NCBI GenBank assembly: GCA_964016885.1
Contig: OZ024756.1
Span: 23,808,001 to 23,872,000 of the forward strand
Direction of reading: 5' to 3'
Length of the DNA stretch: 64,000 nt
Source: Eledone cirrhosa
Taxonomy: Eukaryota
Of the stretch, positions 1 to 11,074 are shown in pieces (within the stretch, counting starts at the first letter, position 1; every line of letters begins with the position of its first letter). The translations under genes were made by a program, and so were the position numbers. The notes beneath the pieces are model-generated. The model had not been told where the DNA came from. It saw only the letters and a program-made list of their open reading frames with translations, and did no database searches.

Positions 1-602
1 GTCGTTGGAGGCCCAGCAGTTGCTGGACAATCAGTGTTGTATTTGGATTATAATTTCATTGAGATGGTGCAGAAGGGAAGGGAGACGAGGAAAGCAATAC
101 AGAAATAACATGAAAAATTCCGTTATAGGATTTTGTTATCTGTGATTCTGTGAGAAAGAATGGTACATAGGATAGTGGTATGTAGGATGAACAGTACGTA
201 GGAAGAATGGTATGTATTTGTAGAATATGAAATAGAGTTGATTTCAAATTTTTTTTTTTTTTTTTTTTCTTTTTTTAGTTACAAATAAATATTATTTTCT
301 ATTATAACTATATGTTTAGTCTTTGTTATTGGTGAGCAGACATGGCTGTGTGGTTAAGGAACTTGCTTTGTAACTGGTTGTTTTCGGGCTCTAATATATA
401 TATATATATATATATATGTAAGTATATATTACACAAAGAGAAATGTGTTACACGGTGAGAAGTGTGTAAAGAATTATTACAAGTGATTTTTACCGTTACT
501 GTATAGGAAACAATATCTACAGGTAAGCAATTAAATAGAAAAAAACCAGATCAGAATCAAATCTCTGGATTGGAATTTTAAATCACAAACCTTATAACTA
601 TA

Positions 603-700
603 TTTTGCTGATACGAACCTAGTTTTTCGTTTCAACACTTATATGTGTCACCACCTATATGTGCAGTATAACAGTCCGCATGGATCATCAGTCAGCAAAA
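603..700 (-). ncRNA. Type I hammerhead ribozyme-like motif (stem II extended/degenerate)
   Basis: Minus strand: UUUUGCUGA-CUGAUGA-(51 nt, partial hairpin)-GAAA-CGAA aaacuagg UUCG-UA-UCAGCAAAA. It has a 9-bp stem I, a 4-bp stem III, an intact core and a GUA cleavage triplet. The base of stem II is mismatched. Confidence 0.6.
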
Positions 701-878
701 TGCGAGACTGAAATCTGTACATCTAACCCTTATAGCTAGAGAGATTGCAAATAGACACGCGAGCCAGAGTGGGTGAAATCACGTGTTATTCGAATTAAAT
801 AACGGCTCTCATTTTGTATAATATATATATGTATATGAACAATTTTTCCAAGCATAAAACATCTTGGTTCATGAACAC

Positions 879-910
<32 letters not shown>

Positions 911-916
<6 letters not shown>

Positions 917-1195
917 CACATACAGGTTCCACCGTATATATATATATATATATAGCTTCAGTCTGACCGGTGTCTTGTTAGTGAATATGGTAGATGGAAG
1001 GAACTCTATCATGTGTGTATGTATAATATATATATATATATATATATAAACACATACACATACAGGTTCCACCGTATATATATATATATATATATAGCTT
1101 CAGTCTGACCGGTGTCTTGTTAGTGAATATGGTAGATGGAAGGAACTCTATCGTGTGTGTATGTATAATATATATATATATATATATATAAACAC
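911..1195. repeat. Tandem duplication of a ~140-bp unit containing (TA)n tracts
   Basis: CACATACACATACAGGTTCCACCG(TA)nGCTTCAGTCTGACCGGTGTC...GGAACTCTATC occurs at ~911 and ~1051, directly abutting the LINE 5' truncation point. Confidence 0.85.
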
Positions 1196-2438
1196 ATGGC
1201 TAAGACTAAAGTTCTAGTTTGTAGGAAAGAAAATAAGGTGTCGGTCCCTTCCGGGAAATGGCCATGCTCAGTGTGTAGGAAAGGCATAGGTAGAAACTGC
1301 ATTTTATGTCCCAAGTGCAAAGTATGGGTGCATAAAAGATGTAGTGGGATCACAGGTAAGCTAACTAAGAACATAGATTTTACATGTGGCCGATGCTCTG
1401 GTGCAATAAGTAGCAGCAAGTGCCCACAAGATACTAGCACTTTCAATTGCGCAGAGGGTTCTATAGAAATAGTGGACAGCTTCCGTTACCTGGGTGACAA
1501 AATCAGCAGTGGGGGAGGGTGCTCTGAAAGTACAGTAGCTAGAGTCAGAACTGGATGGAAAAAGTTCAGAGAGCTTATACCACTATTAGCCGCTAAAGGG
1601 TTCTCCCTAAAAATGAAAGGCAGGTTGTATGATGCCTGCATATGAACAGCAATGTTGCATGGCAGTGAGACTTGGGCATTGTGTGCAGAGGATATACGCA
1701 GACTAGAGAGGAATGAAGCTTGCATGCTCCGCTGGATGTGTAATAGTAATATACGTGAACGGCAAAGCATAAACGAACTAAGGGAAAAATTAGACATAAG
1801 AGGGATCAGATGTTTACTCGAGAGAAGGCTACGTTGGTATGGTCACGTGATGCGCATGAAAGACGACAGCTGTATAAAAAAGTGCAGGGCAAAAAATAAA
1901 GATAGACGGTAGCCACGGAGTAGGCAGACCCAGAAAAACCTGGGATGACCTGATAAATTCCGACCTCACACACTTACACCTCTCCAAGACAATGTCACTG
2001 GACCGAGATCTTTGGCGGTACACAGTTATACAGAAGACCCGCCTTGCCTAAATACAAAGTAAACCTACTACAGTCAGTAGGCATTTCTAACAAAATACGC
2101 CTCCGTCACACCATCCACACCGCCCCTTTCAATGTAAAGTTACGTTGGTGCCACAACATCCAGGCCGAAACAAATGAGATCGTGTAGGTGTCACGACAAA
2201 AAAACACACAGTCCACGCTGTAATGTGGCCGTGTAGGCAACACGGTTAAAACCTCCCAGTCCCACACTGTAAATGTGGTTGGTGTTAGGAAGGGCATCCA
2301 GCTGTAGAAAACCCGCCAGACAGTCCTATGTGAGCAAGACAACCACTCTTGCCTCAAGTGGGAAAACTCCCGTCCAAACCCATGCAAGCGTGGAACATGG
2401 ACGTTAAACGATGATGATGATGATGATGATGATGATGA
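1196..2438 (+). mobile_element. 5'-truncated, degenerate RTE-clade LINE (RT C-terminal part with a PHD-like Cys finger, 3'UTR, (GAT)n tail)
   Basis: ORFs 1196-1645 and 1652-1912 give AKTKVL, CSVC..CPKC..WVHKRC..CGRC, VDSFRYLGD, KGRLY, MLHGSETW and RRLRWYGHVMR, followed by GRPRKTW in a shifted frame. There is an internal stop and a frameshift. The element ends in GGACGTTAAAC(GAT)n. Confidence 0.9.
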
Positions 2439-3583
2439 CACAACACATATCTATTTTAAAAATGTTTCTATCTTTCTTCTTGTACCCTCCTTATGAAGGG
2501 CTAAAGCCCAATACATTGAACACCTTTTACTCTCTTTCATTCAAAGCGTGAGACTAATAACAATTGTTTTTGTATCACACTGGAGTCAATTTACTTGACT
2601 TTTCCCTCACCACCAAAAATTGTTGGCCTTGTGCCTAAATCAAAAAACATTTCAATAAACTTACATAAAAGATGATGATGATGAATAGAGACCATTCAAG
2701 ATCATATTTTGTAACGATAACATTCCATTAAATGTAGTTTACTGCTTGTGTAGTATGTGATAGACTTAATATGGAGCCCTACGTTTAGATGTAGGTGTTT
2801 GACGGTCCTGTTTGCTTATTTACGTATCATATTGTGATGGTTGATTTCTTTTTTTCATCCAGTATATTTTCCATAAATTAATTGGGCTACAAGCAACAGA
2901 GATTTGTCAAAGTTGGTGTATTGCCTCACTAAAGTGTCACGTGATGCTTTTGAGGGCGCTTGGCTTTTCCATCGCCCCAGACTCTCTACCATTAACAGTA
3001 ATGTAAATGTTTTGAGCTACCTCAAAAAGTTTCAAATGGCAACACAAGCAATCCCCATAGTTGTGTGTATGTCTTTTTGTGAAGCCACATGACATAATGC
3101 CTAGGATGCTCGACGCACGATCGTAATGTCATTGGTTAGATTCCAGGATGCTGTGTTCTTGAGCAAAACACTTCATTTCACATTGCGTCCTGTTTAAGGA
3201 GTCTTGTACTCTCCACTATCTGGAACATACCCTCTCGCCCATAATTAATATTTGATAAAACTACTACTCATAAAATTACTTGATGTTACCCACAATGAGA
3301 AAAATAAAGATATTCCCTCAATTATCCGTTTTATGACGAGCCACACTGGATTGTACATGTACTAAGCACATATATACGTGTGTATATATATATATAGGTT
3401 TATACGTGTGTATATATATATATATATAGGTTAACACAAATCAATATATTTGATAAACAAATCCTCATATTTATGTATGTATTGTAAATGACCAAGTTAG
3501 CTAGATAGAAATATACTAATAATAATATTACAGTTTGCCTATCATGACTTAAGATAATACATCATAAATCAACAAAAACAAAT

Positions 3584-3624
3584 TGAAACATGTGTAAATC
3601 AATTAAATAATGTATTAAACCTTG

Positions 3625-3662
<38 letters not shown>

Positions 3663-3703
3663 CAAGGTTTAATACATTATTTAATTGATTTACACATGTT
3701 TCA
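3584..3703. repeat. Perfect 120-bp palindrome centred on (TA)n
   Basis: TGAAACATGTGTAAATCAATTAAATAATGTATTAAACCTTGCT-(TA)n-exact reverse complement. Confidence 0.95.
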
Positions 3704-3756
3704 TTCAAATACTGAAGAAGGTAGGATTTTATTCCTGATCTACCCTATATATATGT

Positions 3757-5930
3757 GTGTGCGAATCGAACATATACCGCTGGATGTGTAACGTACGAGT
3801 AATTGATTTGAGAGAAAAACTAGATAGTGGAAGATAAATGCGTGTGTGCAGATATTTAGTTCAAATGTAGTCAAGGGGAGATAACCAGTGTTACCCTAAG
3901 TAGTCAACTGTCATCAGGCAGTTGACTACTTAGCGAACCTGTTTAAAACTCATTAAAAGTAATAAAAACACATTGGCAGCAATTGAATGAATGGGAAAAA
4001 CTGGAGTGTTAATAGTAGATCGTTAGAGACTCGAGGGTTTTACCATTTACCTTGTGTTAGAGGTAGAAACCCCGCAAAACACTCCACTGTAAATAACTCT
4101 TTTGTCTCCCTCCCTCCCACCCAAATCCGAGATAAACCCTCAAATACTCCGTCCGGTGGGTCCTGTCAAAAGCAACCGTCTCCAACTGATCCGGCTGGCT
4201 CTCCAAACGTGACCAGCCAAACTCATAGATGTTATCCAACCATCTTGCTCAGGGTCTTTCGTGAAACATTCTAACCACATGCCCAGTGTATCGGATATCT
4301 CAATTCAGAGACGTTAAGGCATGGGAGGACTTTGGGGTCAAGCTGGAATCCGACTTCAGATCAGCAAATAAAGTGTTTTGGCAGACCATCCGGTGATTTT
4401 GTAATAAGGAGCCCTCTTCCACACATGCTATAAAAAAAATGTTAGCTTACTTCAAAAATCATTAGAGGGAAGTCTCAACGATAGCTTACCTCAAAAATCA
4501 TTAGAGGGAAATCCCAACGACCCTGTATAAATCGTTTTCTTCTATTTCCCTTGGATATAATTTAATCCTTATCCAACGATGCTGAACAGAAGAGCCAGTT
4601 GTTAAAAGCAGTTACAGTCATGTTTAGTAATGTACGTTAGACACATGAGAGATCCTTAGTGAAAGTGAGGCTGAGATTTTGGAGGGAACTCCAAGGTTTT
4701 TCTAATTTCATGTTGTTACTGTTTAAATGTGGAGAGATGTAATGATCTTTTAGTACCATAAACATATTAAACGAAGCAAATAAACAATTAGCCTGTTACC
4801 ACCCCCACCCCCTCCATACACATACACACACTTCCTCCAAACGTATCTTTGCATCGCTGTGTTTGTTTTGTTTCATTTATAAACTATTTTTCCACGCTTA
4901 CGCGGTCCACCTGCTATTCTAACCTGGATAATTACACTGAACATGGATTAACCAGCCTCCGGGTTACTGGATTTTGAACTGCTATATCTATATATGTATG
5001 CATATATATATATATAGAGAGAGAAAGATTTATAAATGGAGTTACCTATTTACCTTTGACTATACAAGATGCTGGGAAGCTGATTGTGCTGTTATGATGG
5101 AATACATCTAAGGTAAGTTCCATGACTTAACTTTTATATGTATTTAAAGACATTTGGATGTTTATTTTTTAGGAAGATTTGTCTGGTATTTCTAGTTTAT
5201 TGAGAGATCGCATTGGGACTTTCCTTGTTGAGATGTGCTAGAAATAGCAGCCAAATATCCCCCCCAAAAAACCTACTGAAGATTACAGTGCACAGTGTCA
5301 TCTTCGATATACAAAACGGTAACTTGTTGGGTTTATCAAGGGTAGGCCGTCTTTCGTGCGAGGTCTTCTTCCACAGAAGGTTAAACAACAGACCCTGTGC
5401 GCACGCGCGCATGTATGTCTGTGGGTGCTCTCAGTACAATCGAGTGAGACCCGTCATAAAACGGATAAATTTGAGGAGTGTATATATTTGTCACTGTGGG
5501 TAAAAATAGGTAAAAATAATTATAATTCTGTGATTGTTTTATAAAACATTTTATTTCAGTAGTTGATTCTGTTTAATTTCGGATGTAAGAAAAAAGACAA
5601 GAGTCACTGACAGTGGTATGTGTTATGGGGTTTCTACTTCCAACACAAGGCTAACTGGTAAAATCCTCAAGTCTCTAACCATCCACTATTAACACTCCAG
5701 CTTTTCTAATTCATACTATTACTGCAAATGCATGTTATTATTAGTTTTAAGGGGCTTTAAACTGGTTCAATACCACTCAACAGACGGCAGTTGACTACAT
5801 TTAAACCAAATATCTGCACACGCGCATTTATCTTCTAATGCCCAGTTTCTTTCTCATATCATCCGGAGTTCGTCGTTCAATTACTCGTACGTTATAAATT
5901 TAGGGAAGCATGTTCGATTCGTGTACATAT
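3757..5930. repeat. Diverged ~350-bp inverted repeat pair (3757-4110 / 5590-5930)
   Basis: CGAATCGAACAT..AACGTACGAGTAATTGA..GAAGATAAATGCGTGTGTGCAGATATTT..CTGGAGTGTTAATAGT..GTAGAAACCCC is reverse-complemented at 5625-5925. Confidence 0.8.
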
Positions 5931-6435
5931 ACATACGTATATATTATGCATAGTCACGTACAAGCATATATGTATATTTTCATATTTATTTATATATATG
6001 TATAAGTGGCACAAATTATCCGTGTGTGGTAAAGAAGTGTAGAAGCTGATATATTATATATTTATGTTCATACTCAGAACAAAAAAGGGCTACCTTAGTT
6101 TTCAAGGCCTAGTTATGGCCACCTCCCCGTACTGTGTACGGTCTGGGGAGATGGTCATTACTGGACATTGAAACCAAAGTTAGCGCTTTCCCATTCTGTT
6201 TAAGAACATAAACAAAGAATATGTATGTATATATATATGAGGAAAACTCATCGCTAGAACAGCCGATAAAACAACCAAATGCCGTCAAAGAAAGCGATGG
6301 GTAAAAATGCCTCAGGGGACAGCGGCCAGTGGACGACAGAGAGAGACAATCAACGAGGTGTGACAGGCAGATGATCGCGATTAAACATATCAATATATAT
6401 ATTCAGAAATGCTTCCACCACCCCTGCTCCCCAAT

Positions 6436-6519
6436 ATATATACACACTTCAATAGCATTCTAATAAATATTGCCTGTACAAGTAATCAAAGTGTGTACAC
6501 ATTTTGGGAGGACACCCTG
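6436..6519 (-). mobile_element. Partial Tc1/mariner-type MITE (same family as 62903-63002)
   Basis: Reverse-complement match to 62903-63002, ending GGACACCCTG-TA. Confidence 0.6.
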
Positions 6520-8174
6520 TATATATATATATATATATATACGTTCAAGGTACGAGTGTTTGTGGAAAGCCCAGCCACTTGCATCTTAATTTCACGAGCA
6601 GGCTGTTCTGTTGATTGTGTCAACAGGAATACTCGTTCTCGGAGCCGACAGAGTTCCATTACTAGAATATACATATGATATATATATATAATAAAAGATC
6701 AAAATTTATTAGAATATAAAATATCCAGTAAAAAAAAAAATACAATATACATGGCAATAATGAAACAAAAAATGGGGAAATAAGAAAAAGAGTAAGGAAA
6801 ACAATTATTTATGTACTAAATTCCCAAAATGCCCCATCCTGTTTTTTATGATATACTGTAGTTGTTTGTGGAAGAGGTATATAATATTTCTATAAAATTA
6901 CAAAAATATGTATTATTTTTTACTGAGTCAAATCTAGTTTAGGGTAAATTTTTGAGAGTTGTTTCCCTTCCCACGTATTACAAAAAAATTCAGCTCTCGT
7001 TTTTCAACTCCAGGCCAACTATGATTGAACATGTCTATAGTCAAAATATCTTCCAACTGTGACCATTACGTCCTTTTCATGCATACAGTTGTGCATTTTG
7101 AACAGCTGCAATATTCAACGTGGTTTTCATTTTTAAGACTGTAAGGTGTGATTTAAGAGATATTTCGTTACTATTTCTATCTAGTTTAGCCACCACGTAC
7201 GTGCTCACCTGGTAAGGAAAATAAATACTGTAAATAATAATAATAATAATAATTTCTGATTTAGGCACTGAGCCAGAAAATTTATTTTGGGTGAGAAGTC
7301 GATTAAATTGACCCCAGTACATTACCGATGCTTTATTTATCGACCCTGTAAGGATGAAAGGCAAAGCTAACCTCGGCGGGATTTAAACACAGAACATTAG
7401 AGGGCTATAAACTCTATGCTGCAAAGCATGTTGTACGACGCTGTACCAATACTGTCAATCCACCGCCCTAATAATAGTGCTTTCTGATTTAAGCACAAGG
7501 CCAGTAATTTGAAGGGGCGGGGCAAGTCGATTAAATCAATTCCAGTGCATTACTGGTGCTTTATTTTTATTATCTATCTATCTGTTTTTCTGTCTCCCAT
7601 CACTATCAATTTGTCTACCTATTCTTATTCATTTTCTACCATCTATCTATATATTTTCTATCTCTTGTTCTTTTTACCTATCTCTATACCCACTTTGCAT
7701 CTCCCAATGCATTGCGTACACCCATGATTAGTGGTCACCTGGGGCTCAGCACCGCAGAATCCCCTATATATATATATATATCAGATAGGGTGTGGTAAAA
7801 ACCAGTTAGACCATAACCCACCAGAGTACTCGATACTTGGGGTAGTAGAGTGGTTAATATGAAAAGTATATATATATATAGTATAAAAGTCTCTCTATAT
7901 ATATAGACTTGTGTGTGTGTTAACGAGCCTATCGGAATCAAAATCTCTATATATATAGATATCTTTCTTTATTCTATATATAGATAGGTTGGAAGTTACT
8001 AGTAAGACCATATTCAAGCTAAGTACTCGATACTTGGGAAAGTAGAGTATGATTAGTGAAACGTTAGTGCGTGGCAACTGAGCTCACGCCGTTTCAATGC
8101 CATGAGCTCAACCGTCGGGTACTAATTTTTCACTATATATGCATATATATGTGTGTGTGTGTATATATATATAG

Positions 8175-8209
<35 letters not shown>

Positions 8210-8353
8210 GTTTCATTCATATATATATATATATATGCAGAGGTTAGATTTAATTAAAAAAATGTTATAACTGATATAAAGCACTCAACAGTTTAGTGGA
8301 GTAAATATACAATATATTAATAAATTAATATATATATATATATATATAGGCTG

Positions 8354-8441
<88 letters not shown>

Positions 8442-9339
8442 AACCACCCTATGACACTACGGCGCTCCAACGACTCCAGGCTTCACAGATTCATACATAT
8501 ATTCAGTGTTATGTATTGGAATTCCAACGACGAGTTTTCCAGTTGATCAAATCAACGGAACAGCTTGCCCTTAGAAACATACATTAACGGTTATGGGCGC
8601 AGCCCTTTATGATTAAATGATAAAAAATGTATGTTAGAATATATACACACATATATATACACATACACATGTATGCGTGTATCTTTTGTGTGTATGTATG
8701 TATGTTTGTACGTGTGTATATGTGCATCTGTTTGTGTGTGTTATGTTTGTTCGTGTGTGCATGTATATATGCCTGTGTGCATGTTAGTGTGTGTGTCTGT
8801 CTGTGTACATGTATGCATGTGTCAATATATATATCTATGTATGTGTGCATCTATTGTTTCTGTATGCATATGTTTGTGTATATGTATGTTATCTACCGGT
8901 GTTTCTATCTGTCTCCCCATCCTTATCTCTTCAATCTATTTTGTCTCCATGCATGTTATTCCTAGTATGCGTGCGCATCCATCTTCGGCAATGGAGCGAT
9001 TAACTTTTAAACTAGCTATCGATCTAGCATGATGTTTTATTTTCTCTACGTCGACCAGGGGGAAATCCTGCATTGTCAATTATAATAATTGACCTAAACA
9101 GTTTAGATTTTAGAAAGCCAATTACATATACATTTGCAGACACACATACACACAAACAGTTGTTAATTACATATCACACGCACTTGTATATCTATAAATA
9201 TATACATATATGTATATATATATATTTATTCATGCTTGTTTATTTTTGATAACGTAAAATAATAAATAAAAGCTATGATTGTAGTATCATCGGATGTTGA
9301 TTTATAGAAGTGATTCTTGTGGTTGGAAAATAATATAGC

Positions 9340-9466
9340 TTTGTCACCTTCGAATATCGCGGCTCCGAATAAGCCAACAACTCCATCTGGAAACTGAAAA
9401 ATGGCGAAATATTTTATTTTTTTCCACTAATCTTGTCACGTCAAACACAAGAATGTTTAGGTAAGT
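9340..9466 (+). promoter_or_regulatory. Possible orphan promoter / non-coding first exon
   Basis: CpG-containing non-repetitive patch with YY1-type AAAATGGCG (9397-9406), CRE-like GTCACGTCA and a strong donor AG|GTAAGT at 9461. No downstream exon identified. Confidence 0.3.
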
Positions 9467-11002
9467 CGTTCGTGTTTATCATTCATTTCTGTTTTTTTGT
9501 ATTGTTTATTGATTGATGTCTTTATTCTTATTTATATATATTTATCAATTTTTTAAATATATATATATTTCAAACGTCTCTTACATCTATTGAAGAACGA
9601 TCGTTTCTCATTGAAAGTGTAGTTTGCCTGGGTAAAAAGAATGAACGGCATGTTTTCAACCGAGAGCTTAACTGAATAACACACACACACTCATAGACAC
9701 CTTGTCTCTCTTTCTCTCCATATTTAATAATCATAACGAGGAGATAATTAAAACCCTTTAGTTTGTTGTTGATTTACTATAATTAGTGTGTATGCATTTT
9801 TTATGATTGTTTTTTTATTTACAAATAGATCGGCCTATATTTCTTTAAAAACAAAAATTATGTTAATCAAGCAAAAGGATGAATATGGAATTTACTTAAA
9901 GGAATTAGGGAGAGTTGTTATTTTAAGACACACCACCCCCTCACAAACTGAAATTATTATAGAAATAAGCGAAATGGAATAAATGCTTCGATAAAAAAAA
10001 AATTATGAAATAAAGTTTTTTTTTCACATGAAGCGCACGAACAGTATATTATGACATAAAAGAAAAACAAAAAGCAACATTCTTTCTTTATTATTGCAAT
10101 AGAAGTATTAAAGTTTTTAAAAAATGTAAATTACATTCGATTTTAATTATACATAACATTTGTATGTTATACATAAGGTTTGCTATTTGTTAGTTATATA
10201 TAAGGTGTTAATTATACACAATGTTTACTATATATTATACATAAGGTTTACAGTCTGTTAATTATACATTAGGTTTACTATACCGGTCAGCGTGACTGTA
10301 ACGAATTTTTGTGGTAGGGTTATAAAATAAAATGAATTATTGAAATCATCGCAGACGCAGAAAACCGTGCGTGTTATAGAAATATATCATTTTATAAGTT
10401 CTTAAAGAATACGTCTTTTTCGATAATTAAACTTATTTAATATTGAAATATTTAATGTATCAAGGAAAGGAAGAATTTGCAGGTAAATTCGATGTTGGAG
10501 ATCTTGGAAAACATGCAGAATCAGGACTATTCTGGAGGAGAGAGAAGAAAAAATAACAGATATTTAATCAAACACGAAACAGTTCGGAATGTAGAGATTG
10601 TTTTTGCTGCTTTTTATTTTGCTTTTTCTCGGTGCACAATCACGCATTTAAAGTATATATATACATACTTTAAATGCGTGATTATATATATATATATATA
10701 TATACACTCACACACAGCCAAATCTATTGCAGTCTAGCTGTTACTTTGTACTTTAAATTCTATTGCAATCAGTTAGAATTCTCTTGACAAGTATAACGCA
10801 AGGAGATAGACTGCATATAAAAGATAGCAAAAATGTAAAATACGCTTACACTACAAATTGTCAATTGTGTGCAGGTGTATATATATATATATATATATAT
10901 GAATCTAACATAACTGTGTAAAATTGCCTCCTGTGTTTTTGTTTCATTTATTAATATATATATATCTAATATAGCTGTAAAATTGCCTCCTGTGTTTGTT
11001 TC

Positions 11003-11074
<72 letters not shown>

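Noticed and set aside
5030-5250. Exon-intron-exon-like pattern (donor 5112, acceptor 5172)
   Set aside because: All frames hit stops and there is no recognisable homology.
8285-9032. ORFs rich in YI/CV/HT dipeptides (also near 860, 24170, 53300, 55230, 57100)
   Set aside because: Translations of (TA)n, (TG)n and (CA)n microsatellites, not proteins.
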